From Pseudogymnoascus verrucosus (taxonomy: Eukaryota): 64,000 nucleotides of DNA. The notes beneath the pieces are model-generated. The model was not told the origin of the DNA. It searched no databases and saw only the letters and a list, made by a program, of their open reading frames with translations. Shown here one piece after another: positions 1 to 11,994 of this stretch (position 1 is its first letter; every line of letters begins with the position of its first letter). Made by a program: the position numbers and the translations under genes. The stretch lies in the NCBI GenBank assembly GCA_001662655.1, contig KV460272.1; one strand, 5' to 3'.

Positions 1-945
1 CACCTTCCCCAAATCCGGGAGGATTTGCCGGATCGGCTTATCAAAAATCGAAAGGATATGAACGACGAAGTTCGGAACCTGGATGGACGGGACTTTCTTC
101 GCGTGCTGAGGTCTCTGCTTCTTGATGATCTGTCCAATCTGAAGCATGGAGATAGCAGGATCGTTGCCGCCAGCAAGGAAACGCTGACCAGCAGCCTCCG
201 GCTTCGTCATGGCGAGTAGATGCAGAGATGCGACGTCGCGCACATCGACGAATGAAAACTGCAAGTTCGGACACCCAGGAATACTGCCATCCATAAGTTT
301 CTTAACGACCTCCAACGACGTCGAGATATCCTTCTCCAGCGTCGGCCCACACACCATCTGCGGCGCCACCGTGACAAGCTCCATCTTGTCCGCATTAGCA
401 TCCGACTCCGCCCAAGCCCACGCCGCCTTCTCAGCAATCGTCTTGGACTTCATATACGGCGTGACCTTCACAACCCCATCTAAGTTCGTCCAGTCCTTCT
501 CCGTAAACGGCTCCGCTCGCGGCGCATGCCCGTACCCCATAGCCCCGAAGCTACTCGTCAGCACAACCCGCTTCACGCCCGCGGCGGCTGCGGCTTTGAG
601 GACGCGCAACGTGCCCTCCCGAGCGGGGATGATAAGATCGTCTTCATGCTTGGGTAGCTCGGCGGGGAAGGGCGAGGCGACATGTTGCACGTATGTGCAG
701 CCCTGGACTGCCTCGGCCCAGCCGTTATCGTCGTCGAGTGAGGCTGCGAAGATGGTGAGGCGCGCGAGTGAGGCGGGAGTGGCGCCGCCGTTTTCGAGGG
801 AGGTGAGGACGCTGGCGGAGCGCGAGAGGTTGCGGATGGTGGTTCGCACTGTGTAGCCTTCTGAGAGAAGGCCAAGTATGACGTAGGAGCCGATGAAACC
901 GGAGCCACCGGTTACGAGGACTGTTGTGGACGAGGGTGTCGCCAT
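1..945 (-). CDS. NAD(P)-dependent epimerase/dehydratase family reductase (aldehyde reductase II/dihydroflavonol reductase-like), 3' end outside window
   Basis: Manual translation from the ATG at 945: MATPSSTTVLVTGGSGFIGSYVILGLLSEGYTVRTTIR, with the Rossmann GxxGxxG motif. The frame stays open to the window edge, so it is absent from the ORF track. Confidence 0.9.
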   Translation of the reverse strand, partial: MATPSSTTVLVTGGSGFIGSYVILGLLSEGYTVRTTIRNLSRSASVLTSLENGGATPASLARLTIFAASLDDDNGWAEAVQGCTYVQHVASPFPAELPKHEDDLIIPAREGTLRVLKAAAAAGVKRVVLTSSFGAMGYGHAPRAEPFTEKDWTNLDGVVKVTPYMKSKTIAEKAAWAWAESDANADKMELVTVAPQMVCGPTLEKDISTSLEVVKKLMDGSIPGCPNLQFSFVDVRDVASLHLLAMTKPEAAGQRFLAGGNDPAISMLQIGQIIKKQRPQHAKKVPSIQVPNFVVHILSIFDKPIRQILPDLGKV

Positions 946-1386
946 TGGGGATATATATTAGGATTGAGAGAGAGGTGAATAATAATATTGTTTAAACTAC
1001 TCTATGAAGGATTTTTAAAAGGTTTACCTAGTGCTGGTATTATAGTTAAGTTGAGTTTATCAACCCAGCTCTTATCGGAGGTAAATCTGTCCGTTATTTA
1101 GGCTTTGACTGCCATACGTAAGGCGGGCGCGGGACAACGTCGAGTCCGATACCTTGCTGGCCCTCATCTGCGCCTCAACTTCGGAGTTCATTTCATAGGC
1201 ACGATGCCGCCTATGAACTCCGAACGACCTGAAATGACGTTCATATCTCCTCCTTAAACTCCGGAGCGATAAGTCCTGGCGGATTCCCCTTGGCATCCGT
1301 CCTTGGTGACTCTTCACCCTGTCCCCTGACATTCTTACCGCAAGTGTTTTTGCTAATGCCACACGAAACCCGTCACAAGCTTACAT

Positions 1387-2694
1387 CTACTCCTTGCCAC
1401 CACTCTTGGGAACAGCTGTAACATCGATGTGGATGCGGCCGCGAATTTCAATCCCTAGTCGATCAATGGTACTTGGAATCGTGAACACCCACTGTGTCGC
1501 CATAGATCCAGTAATGGGATTACGCAGTGCAGAATCATCGTTTATCATCGACTGGACATCCTCCTTCTTGATGTGTGCAACCTGCTGTGCTATATTAGTA
1601 GAAATATGGCCCTCAATGAGACCAATAGCTCTATTCTCCGGATCAAGGCGACTGAATTTCTCAGGTGGCGTTTTTTCCCTCCTACAATACCAGACGAACT
1701 CCTTCCAATCTGGCGAGTACCACAACTCCGCGGTGGGGATTGAATTGATGAGGGCAATAGGAACACAGATTCGCACTATCCAGGTCTCAGAATAGGGGCA
1801 TCGCCGCTGTGCCCATTTGCGGTATAACTCGGCAACCTCGCGTTCAGGTGTCCAGTAGTGAACCATACTGCAGTAATTGGAATCACCCCCTGGAAAAGAC
1901 GATATGACGTTCATGTCTACGCCACCATCGTCGTCGATCCACGGTGTTCCTCCCATCTCTAAGGCTGATGTTGCCTTGTATAGAGCCACGTACTTAAGCG
2001 GCGAGGGCAGCGCTGGCTCAGTCTCGGCAGGGATGAAGTTAGCGGGCAGGGAGTGACCCTCGGGGGTCTGAGAGATTGCTATAGTAGCCTTTATAACCTT
2101 AACACGGTGCTTTAAACGCTCATGGAGCTGTTCTAAAGCTGTGTAGCCAACCTTGAGTGTATCAAGCACCCAGAATAGGAGGGTTTCAGTTTCATAAACA
2201 GCCTTAAACCGCGGGTCTAGCATCCGATCTTGAAAGTCTATAGTTAATCCAACACGGGTCATAGCCTCGCAGTCTGTATAATCGCGAGACTTAAGGACCC
2301 ATATCCGTTGGGCTTGACTGGTTGCATAGTCTAAGAAGCTGTCGATGTTGATGCTAGGGTCAGGTCGGTTTATGAACCGCTCATAAATGGACTCTGCTGT
2401 AGATTGATTGAAGCCTATCAATTCAAGTGCACTAGCACTAATGGCTGCCGTCGGCATCTCAAAGCTGCCTTGCCGCTGCTGATGCCTGTCGTAGCCGGAG
2501 AAGCGTACAGTAACTCCTCCAACGGCTGATGATGATGAGGAACTCAAGGCATCCTAGAAGCCGCTCAGTGCCGCCGTAGACACGATTCGTTTACCAGAGC
2601 CGGTTCTGGCTCTGAAGACATCATCGTATTCTAGGGCTTGGGTTTCTTCAAATGTGAAGTCTCCGTCGCCAGGCGGATTTGAGATATCACCCAT
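1387..2694 (-). CDS. Hypothetical protein with C-terminal DUF3990/ART-like domain; in-frame TAG at codon 47 (possible pseudogene or downstream start)
   Basis: 386-aa ORF 1387-2547. An upstream in-frame ATG at 2694 is interrupted by TAG at 2556-2554. C-terminal motifs: LYKA..GGD..HYWT...A..W, WKEFVWYCR, LIEGHI, TQWVF. Confidence 0.6.
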
Positions 2695-3034
2695 TATGTA
2701 GCTTTTTCCTGATCGTAGATTGAAGATGTGTCGATGTGAGATACTAACTTTAGTTAGCTGGGAATTTTAATTGGTTGGAGGAAAGAGAGAAGAAGAAAGT
2801 ACGGCAACTGCCCTGCGGTTGCCATATTTATATTGTAATTTGGGGCTGGAGATATTAACGTACGATGCAGGTGGTTAAAATAGCCAGCTTAATCTTATTG
2901 TTAGACAGGCACACTATTACTAGCCTATGACTCCATTTTACCATGAGATTTGAGCAGTTCGCCCTCCATGATAATGTATGTCCTGCTGCTAAATGAAGAT
3001 TTGCTCTTTCTCAGTTTCGTTAACTTCGCATTAG

Positions 3035-4035
3035 CTATTTGGCCTTGTAGTGCTTGACGATCCACGGATGCCTTTGAACTTCATATAGTGGCATTCCCTT
3101 TTCTGGATTGACCACCAAGAGCTACAGCATTGGTGTTAATTGCTAGTATAGTCGCATGAAATATTGACTCGCACTCCTAATTAAATCTTTAGCTTCTGCT
3201 GGCGCGAAATCTGGTACGGTCATCTCGCAACGGACTATTCGTTTGTATGTGAGAACTGGCGTATCTTAGAACGGCTATCCAAAAACATATACATCAAGAC
3301 ACCCAAATTCCACAAGGCCACGGCAGCATTATACGTGTAACGGTTTATTATCTCTAGCACTAAGTAATCTATGGTTCCACACATTATTTTTCTTCTGTTA
3401 GAGGTGCGGACACACTATCTAAAATCAGCAATCTTCAGCTTACCATGGATACCGACAAGGATGTTTTCGGGTTTTGGATGTATTGATGTATCACATGCTT
3501 CTTTTACAAGAAACGTCAGAGCGGGCTATTTGAGCAATATATTTCGCAACCTTCTACTCTGGAAATCGACCTTCGCGACGAAGATGCTTATATAACTCCC
3601 CCTTTTTAGCAGATTCCAGAATTAAGAATATTCGTTTACTGTCGTGGAAATGGCAAGTGGAAACGGCCATAAAGTTAGAGGATATTAGGATGTCGAAGAT
3701 AACCTCCCGTTGAACTTGCTTCTTAACCTTTTAACGCCATTTGACTTGATTTCATCCTCGTGCATAACCTTGAGAGCACATACCAACCCACTGCTGCATT
3801 CTTTTGCTAGGTAGACGCGCCCAAACTTTCCTTTTCCTAGAGGCCGACCAATTTCGAATATGCCGAGATGGAATTGCTTCGGATATGATGGCAGCTTCTG
3901 TATTGGGGATAGTGCTTGTTCAGCTTCAGCTGATTCATTGGAACCCCCCAGTGATTTGGCCGCAGGCTTTGGGGGGGGTTGGGGGGGGTTCAAAACCAAC
4001 TGGCGCAACCGAGATCGACTGTTGCAGGGCAGCAT
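3035..4035 (-). pseudogene. Aurora/Ipl1-type Ser/Thr kinase pseudogene
   Basis: Fragments read across frames: [102 protein letters not shown]. Stops at 3675-3677, 3554-3556 and 3415-3417 plus frameshifts. The 5' boundary is uncertain. Confidence 0.9.
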
Positions 4036-4450
4036 TTTGATTTTCTAATGCAATCCTGCAGAGGTTTGAATGACTAGAAATGGAGATTTTCGACAGTTGT
4101 ATGACTGAAGATGCAATTGCCTGGTCACATTAGAATACATCTCTAACGACAGTTGGCTTGACAAACTATAGGCTTGGGATGTGTTTTCTTCTCATCGCTC
4201 GGTCTATTTTCTCCACTGGTAGAGTTTTGGGACGCGTGAGAGCCCACGGACCTAGTTTATTAGAAGGTGGCCCCGACTCCACTGATGAGTTGGTAAACAA
4301 ACTTTGGGCTTGGAATACGATTTCTCCACCCCGCTGGGACCCTTCCTGTCTTTAGCCCGGTTCTGGAACAATTGAGACGTTGACGATCCGACAACCTGGG
4401 AATGTTAAAGTCCGTCTCTAATAGCGGACTGATAGACAAACTTTCGGCTT

Positions 4451-4496
4451 GGGAGAGCTTGGGAGAGTTTGGGAGAGTTTGGGAGAGCTTGGGAGA
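4451..4496. repeat. 10-bp tandem repeat GGGAGAG(C/T)TT x ~4.5
   Basis: gggagagctt gggagagttt gggagagttt gggagagctt gggaga. Confidence 0.9.
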
Positions 4497-5960
4497 TGAT
4501 TCTTTCCATCACGGGTGGGGGTGATCATTGACAGAGTTGAGTCATTTTAATTAATATCATCGAAAGAGAACAATCAAGTCCTCGCGGTTGGGTTGAGGAC
4601 AAATCATGTGTATTTGTTATTGAGTTGTTAGTTGTCGTCGTCGATGAGACAACAATTGCTGACAACGGTTTCGTGATCCAAAGTTTTACGTTCACGAACC
4701 AATTGCCGCGCAGAATTCATAGTTTTGTAAATTTTACGACTGCGTTCTTAGTATTTGTTGAAAATTATTAACCTTATATGACTTCGTGATGCCCCTCTCG
4801 GATGTCTCCGAACCCGAACGACCCCTCTTCTCTTTTTGCCTTATCTGCGTCTGGAGCAAAAACCACGTTTCTGCCCCACCGAGTTCCCAGCTGTACCAGC
4901 ACGCCGCCGCCTTGGACCTTGGTAACACCCACATCCGACACGTGTACGCTCCTACCTTTCAGTATCGTGGACACTCTAACTCGTGGCGGGTCTGATCCTA
5001 AGTTGACAGTTTTTCTTTTAGGCTTGAAATCAGTATTATCCTTCCCTCGTTTTACTACTGTATCACGAAAAATATGAGCTGCATGCGCGTATCTGCATCG
5101 CAAGAGTTAGCTGCATTACTGTGGAGGGCTGTCTTAGTTTCACCCGCCCACGCAGGCATCTCAAACGCACAGTGATCCTACACAGGCATCCCGATACGGG
5201 AGGATTTCCCTGCTTCGTATGGTCTAAAAGACTCCGGGTGTGCCCCCGGTCCAGCCGCGCTAATAAGGGCCTTACGGGGATGCTGTGCAACTCGCCGTCC
5301 CGAGCACCAGCCGTGTCTAAAGTGACCATACTTGAAAACCAAGGATTTTTTGTCGCTTTGGATAAAAGTTATCATATCGCGGCCCATTAAAAGAGTCAGC
5401 CGCCCACATATTGAACTGGGGAGAGCCTCGAGCAGCTTCTTGGCCGCGGCACATTCTGCTATTGCATAATCGATAATCGATAATCGACAGTGTCAAGTCT
5501 TAGCGATGCACGGTCCCGACCATATTCTGGACTACTCTGGGCTATCCACCATACGCACGCACCCCACTCATCATATCCACAAAGCGGCACTAGCCAGGTG
5601 CCTCGAGAGCGATCATTCGCAGGGGATAGGTTAGTGGCGTTCAATATGCACCCAGCCTCAGCTGAGAGTGGCCCAGCTCGAGGGTTCGTGCGAACCAGGA
5701 AAACATCGGTAATGGGCCTCGGATATTTTTGTTGCCCATGCATTGCTCCTCCCTTATTGGAGCGCCACGAATGTGATAATGCCTCCCAACCCGATGTAGA
5801 ATTGGCACTGTTGGAGGATTTGAAAATGGTTAATATCCTGGTTGGTCCCTGTCCTGGAGAAGGGGTAGGATCATCTCCCGTTCGGCAAGCGTGTACTGAA
5901 CCGTACCTGTTGATTGAAAGGCAAAATCCGCGCCTCAGTCACGGCACTCATTAGAATGCT

Positions 5961-8650
5961 ATGACGGACAACGCGATCGACTGGAAGGAGTGGGAGGGAC
6001 GCATCGTCCCCAGACAGTTTACTCCAGGATTTGTGGTGCTGTCATACCTGGTCAGCTTTATCGGAGCATGGACGACTTTGGAGCTCCTTCACCGGCGGAC
6101 TGCCGGTAAAGGCCTCTACAACTGGTGCGTTCTGATCGTGAAAGTTACGAGTATCATCAAAACTAATGGATCTCGGTCAGGTTGCTCCTCTTTAGCTCGT
6201 CGATCTCTATGGGAGGCATTTCCATCTGGTGCATGCACTACATCGGCAACCGCGCAATTGTCCTAGGCGATGGGCATCTCGGAATCCAGATCGCATACAA
6301 CCAGGGCTTCACAGCTCTCTCCTTTTTCGTTCCGATCATAGTGCTCCTAGCCGCCTTCATGGCCGTTGGGTCTGACGACAAAATCAGCAGGGTCCGACTC
6401 CCAGTTGGCGGAGCCCTGGCTGGATTGGCAATCTGCGGGATGCATTACCTTGGGCAAGCTGGAATTTCGAACTATACGTGTATTTATAGCGTGGGATATG
6501 TGGTAGGCTCAGCGGTTATCGCTGTTTTCGCCAGTATCACGGCACTGTCCGTTTTTTTTGCCCTGCGTGCGGCCTGGACCGACTCATGGTGGAAGAGAGC
6601 TATGTGTGCTGTCATTCTAGGGTGCGCCGTGTTTGGAATGCATTGGGTTGCGTCCGTTGGAACAAATTATCGCCTGAAAATGGCCAATCCTGGCAAGTCC
6701 CATGACATTCCAAGGAACTCGACTGTTATCGTTATCATTGTTCTGGTATGGCTTTCCACTCGTTCTGCACCCGTAGGGATATTAACACGAGATAGTCTGT
6801 TGCTGCCTGTGTTATCATTCTTGGCCTCACCATCATTACACAGAGGAGAAGAACCCGTTCTGCAAACAGAGCTCAGCAAGTTCTCTTGGCCTCTGCAATA
6901 TTCGATCCCAATGGGAGACTCATGGTGACACCTGAAGGCCTCCTCCCAAATCAGAAGGTCACGACTTCCTATGTTGAATGGGTATGTCGAGCGAAAATCC
7001 CTTGCATCGAACTATCCCATGTACTAACCTAAACAATAGTCTTTCGACGAAGTGTTCGGAACCTCCCACCCAGTATTTCAGTGGATTTTCCGCACCACGC
7101 GCAATTGGAGCAGCATCTCTACTCTCATTCCTGGCATGCGTACTCACATCCAACAAACCAGGAAGTACCGTCCTGAGCTAAAGTCAGAAACCGATCCCCA
7201 TGACAGCGAGGACGTGTATGCAGAGAACTATTCGGTTATTTTCCGCGAACTATTCTGTACTGCCGCCGCAGATCTTGCAGAACAGTTAAACCAACCCTTG
7301 GAAAATGTTGGCGTCCTCTTCGACGAGATATTAAACACTGGCGAGATGCACAACACGGAGCCTGGAGCCAGACGGAAAGGAACCAAATCCTCCGCGGACG
7401 AAGAGACAAATGTTGCAGCAGCCCGTGTTCTCAGTAGCAAAGGACAACTCCTTATCCTTGTCCGCAGCGTGGATAGACCAGAGGCCGACCGCCTTGCAGC
7501 CTCTGGCTATCGCTTTGCCGAAGTAAAAGGCGTTGCCCCTATCCTATCTCGCAGCATGCAGATCAACTGCGATGACCTCCCGGGACAGCTCACTAACATG
7601 TACGAATACTCTAAGGACACGCCCATTATGAACCCTGGTGTCCACTTGGCGTTATTCGCCCTTAGAGCCCGTGTGCGTGGCGGTTTTGATATCCTTGTCC
7701 CCAAGAATCGCAGAAACCAGCTCCCTGCCATGAAGTTACCAATTGACAGCCTCAGGGGCTGGGAGAGCGAGTATCTTTCTCAACTCGACGGGATGTCGGT
7801 CTCCGCGTGTCTGAAATTTCTGAATGCGAAATCGCCCAACGCCGTAACCGTATCAAAGGAGCAGCTATTCGCCATAGAATTCCGCGACGCACTCGTCGCT
7901 TTGAAAGACGAAATCGACGACCCGATCTTCAACGATGCCCTCCTCATCGCCCACCCCCTAACCGTGCCCTGCCGCGGTCCTAACCCCGACGCACCGCCAG
8001 GCCGCGCAGCAATAATCACATTCCGCCTCATTGTGCCAATCCAGTTCCGCGCACACGGCCAGAAACTCGAATTCGTCCCCCTTAGCTTCTTCCGTACCCA
8101 GCAATACGTGTACAGGAATAGCCCAGATCACCAACACTTTACGCGTAAGGTACATCGCGAGTTCGCGCCGATACTTAGTAAGCGCAGGCCGAGTGTCGAT
8201 GATGGCAGGAAGAGCATTATGAGCTCGGGGCGGAGAGAGTCGAGCGAGGGATTCAAGCGCTTGGAATCGGTGTATGGCGATAACGCGATGGATATGCCGA
8301 TGCCGGCGCTGCCGCCGAGGGCACAGCGCCGGTTTTTGGGCGTGCGATTTGGGCGCAGGCATGAGAAGAGGGAGGCGCTGACGCCGCCACGGCTTAGTTT
8401 AGAGAGTGGCTCTGAGGCTATGCTAGTGGAAGATCAGTTTGGAGGGATCATGGTGAGCCAGGAAGTCAGTGTTATTGTTGGGCGTGACGAGGAGGGTGGT
8501 GGAGGCGACGATGGACAACGTGGGACGGAGCTGGTCAAGATGATGCCGCAGGCGAAGATGGGGACGAGGGGAGGCGCGACGAAGGAGTTGGATGAGCCGG
8601 AGACGTATGTTGATCGACTGATTGCTATTTGTGTTAAGGCTAGGGGATAG
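5961..8650 (+). CDS. MHYT-domain integral membrane sensor protein with long cytoplasmic C-terminus (introns ~6125-6180, 6746-6795, 6982-7039)
   Basis: Three MHYT-type motifs (WCMHYIG, CGMHYLG, FGMHWVA) in hydrophobic helices. GT..AG introns join ORFs 5961, 6182 and 7052 in frame. Confidence 0.85.
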
Positions 8651-8946
8651 GTCGGAGTATGCTTTTGTATAACTTGATGATTTAGTACGAGGAGGCGTTT
8701 CTGGAACTTGGGGGGTGGGGGTCGGTGGTTGGAGCTGGAAGGCGCGGAGTTGGCGGCGGGCTGCAAAGAAAATATATATAAATGGCGGGCGGGTGTAATG
8801 GGATCCTTGAATATGAAGTACTCATATATATTGTATTGTACAACCCCGATCACTCCCGTGATTTTCTCCGCCTTTTTCTAAAACCTACAAACAAAACTTT
8901 GGAACTAGACCACCTAACACCCCAATCCCATCCTTGACACCTCCGC

Positions 8947-10393
8947 TCACAACACTGCAGCTTGTGGGATCAAAATGGCCCACTCGCCGTTCAGATCCGG
9001 GACGGTAAGACTCCACTCGTTCTCCTCAACCTCAAACTCGAACTCTCCTAGGCCATCAATGACGAATTCGTTGGTCGCTACGTCTAGCTTACCGATGCGC
9101 CCTTGTGTCGGGTCGACAGCAGCGAGGATCGCGGCAGAGAAGATGTAATCAACCTTCACGACATCGGTAGCGGCCGTCGCACTCTTGGTGGAGATCTTGA
9201 ACGATTGAGGGTCGACGAAGAGGAAGCCCGTGGGAGGGTTGCCGGATGGGTTGCCGTTGACAACCGTCACTGCGTTGGCGACTGTGGCGTTGACTTCGAC
9301 TTCGAGGTTTCCGGCTTCCTGGGTGGAGGTTAGTATCGCCAGCAGATGGTATTGGGTCTTGGATGGAACTTACGTTACCCGTGAAGAGGATATCGGTCTT
9401 CTGGTTTCCGGCTGGTGTGGCGACAGCAATATTGAATTTACCAGCGACGTCGGTGTCTCCCTCTTCTCCAACGGCAGCTTCCCCGGCTTTGGCAGCAGCA
9501 GCTTTGGCAGCATCAGCTTTGGCAACATCAGCTTTGGCAGCATCAGCTTTGGCAACATCAGCTTTGGCAGCATCAGCCTTGGCAGCAGCAGCTTTGGCAG
9601 CAGCATCACCACCAGCGACGGCGGCAGCATTGGCAGCGGCAACCGGAACGAAGATACCCCACTCGCCGTTCATGTTTGTAACAGTCAGGGTGAGCTCATT
9701 CTCATCGGCCTCGAATTCAAGCTCTCCCAGGGCTTTGTCAATGACGAAGGTATTTGTCTCGGTGCAAAGTTTGCCGATCTGGCCATTGGCAATATCGAGG
9801 CCGACTATGTCGGGGCCTGGGGTGGTATTAGCAATCCGTTATGAAATAAGTTACTAGGAATGCTTACTGGTTGCGTCAATGATATAATCCACCTTCTGTA
9901 ACGTCAACGCATCAGCGCCCTCGGCCAAGTTAATCTTGAAACTGCTTGGCTCTAGTGCCTGGAAGCCTGTTGGTGGGGCGGCCGGAGTCTTGTTCTCGGT
10001 GACGGTGAGAGTGCGGCCTGCGGCGTTCTTGAACTCTACCTCAAGGGCGCCCACGGCAGACTTGGTGAAGAGAACGTCTTGCTGGATGTCGCCACCTTGA
10101 AGGGCAACGGCTGTGCCAAAAACCCCAGCGAGGTCGAGCTTGTTTGGATCCTCTACCTCCTCTGCTCCAGCGGCGGCAGCAGTGCCATTGGCAGCGACAG
10201 CTGCAGTGCCGGTCCCAACAGCAACAGCAGCCGCTGCCGCAGCTGCTGCCGCGGCAGCTCCGCCCTTGGGCCCCTTCTGTGCATTTTTGGTTGCTGCTGT
10301 GGCCTTGCCTGCTGGCCCATTCTTATGTGGATGCGGCGCAGCGATAGAGGTCGAAACAAGACCGGCCAAGAGGATAATGGGAAGAAAACGCAT
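8947..10393 (-). CDS. Secreted Ala-rich protein with two tandem copies of a ~140-aa beta-rich domain (introns 9817-9867, 9319-9373)
   Basis: Signal peptide MRFLPIILLAGLVSTSIAAP. Both halves share G.LEVE...PPTGF....P.SFKI....KVDYI...G.IGKL.....FVID..GE.EFE..ENE..LTV...NGEW.I. Confidence 0.85.
9489..9603 (-). repeat. 15-bp coding tandem repeat encoding AKAD(A/V)
   Basis: ttggcagcatcagct / ttggcaacatcagct units on the + strand, about 7 copies. Confidence 0.9.
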
Positions 10394-11994
10394 GGTTGCG
10401 AGAAGTATCGAAGAAGCGAGTTGGCTTTAGATCGAAATGTGAAGGACGAGAAGGGAAGAAAGGTCTGGAAAAGTAAAGGACGGTCCGGCCGTAAAGAATC
10501 AAAGGCAGGCCAGCTGAGTAGCTAAAACTTCAAGAAACAAAACGTGAGAGAGAAGGAATGGTGTTGATGATAGTGAGAGAAAGAAAAGAAGGGCATACAG
10601 AGGAAATCGTCCCCATACTTGTATATGCGCGTACAATGCCATTTCCCCAAGGTTCATACACGTCGCATCCCAACAATAGTATACGGAGGCTGTTTTCTAT
10701 TGTCGAACCTCCTCGTGGAGACAGCCAAGATCAGACGTCAAACTTGCGTCACAGCCAATGTTTTGTGGTGATGCTTGGTATACTTGGTATACTTGGCGGT
10801 GTTGGAGTTGTCGATACAAAAATAGGAAATTGGTCGCGTGCGACAACACCTATTTCAATCACTAGCTTAATTTAGTCTCCGAACACCCAGACCATGCGGC
10901 GAGAAGAGATGGAATACAAGAATACAAGGTTGTCATGGCATGTTTGGTTGCCGTGACCGTCTGTTGAAACGGGGAAGGTGGACTAAAAATGCCAAGGTGC
11001 AGGGCAATGTTAGAGATGTTGGATGATAACATTTCTTTAGAAAACACCCCATCATCACCGTCCAAGATCAAGGATAAATAGCCAAGAGGGCCAAGATGCT
11101 CGGCAATTTCAGAAATGTTAGAGAACTATTTTGTCGAGTAAAATCCTGTTACTATCGGGAATGAATCGGCATAGCAATTCAGGCCCGTAATTGGCTAGCC
11201 ATGTTTCTCTCTAGCTTTCACGAAGCAACCAATGCGCGAGGCTGGAAGGAAGAATGTATGCGCAATCTACTTCGCACTTCACTGCAACTGATTATCTCGC
11301 GGCATTCAAATATAGTATCTACTATGCATGAACATTGATTCAAGACAATTGGGCATTCTACCCACCACGTTATAAATAGGATCCGTAGTTACCTGGGAAT
11401 AATAGACACGGCGTCAAGTTTAAGCCCCTTGCCGTTCGAAGAGCGACGAGAAGGCGTGCCTCGGGCCGCCTGTGAGGCATACAAATGAGGGAAATGTACA
11501 CGAGACTGACTGCCTTGAGTAGATTGTAAAACACTGTGCCCGTTCCAATCGCATAGCAAGTTTCCTGGTGCATGGGATACTTGTGTTGACAGCTGCGATG
11601 CGTGACAGATAATGCTCGTGTGCTTGAGCCGATCGAGCTATGTGTACTTCTGGTTGGTCAATACGATGAGCGGACGCGATAGTGGACTGTTTTATGAATG
11701 CAGGGAATGAAATAGTTGCTGTAACTGTAGCTGAATAATAATTAGATGTCTGCAAAGAGCTCCGCCGGGCTTGGTCAGACTATTTATATAATATGTTGCA
11801 GTTGGTTTGGTCTATTTATTCTTCTAACTCTTCATTCCTTCATTTCAAAACGCAGACAAATATAAATCGCAAGGAAATAGGTAGAAATCAACAAACTAGT
11901 TCTCGCACCTCCACCACCTATTCCCTTCCTTGTGTAAAGCAGATACTCTGCGCCATATCCTCTCCGGTGGAAAGGAAAATCATCGCTTCAGATC

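Noticed and set aside
209..856. 215-aa plus-strand ORF
   Set aside because: Antisense shadow of the minus-strand reductase gene.
4560..5950. Several short overlapping ORFs (one with AAHIF) and an (ATCGATA)3 microrepeat
   Set aside because: No coherent HNH or transposase motifs; treated as intergenic.
9230..9857. Repetitive ORFs (SFGSISFGNI; LMLPKLMLPK)
   Set aside because: Alternative-frame readings of the AKADA repeat.
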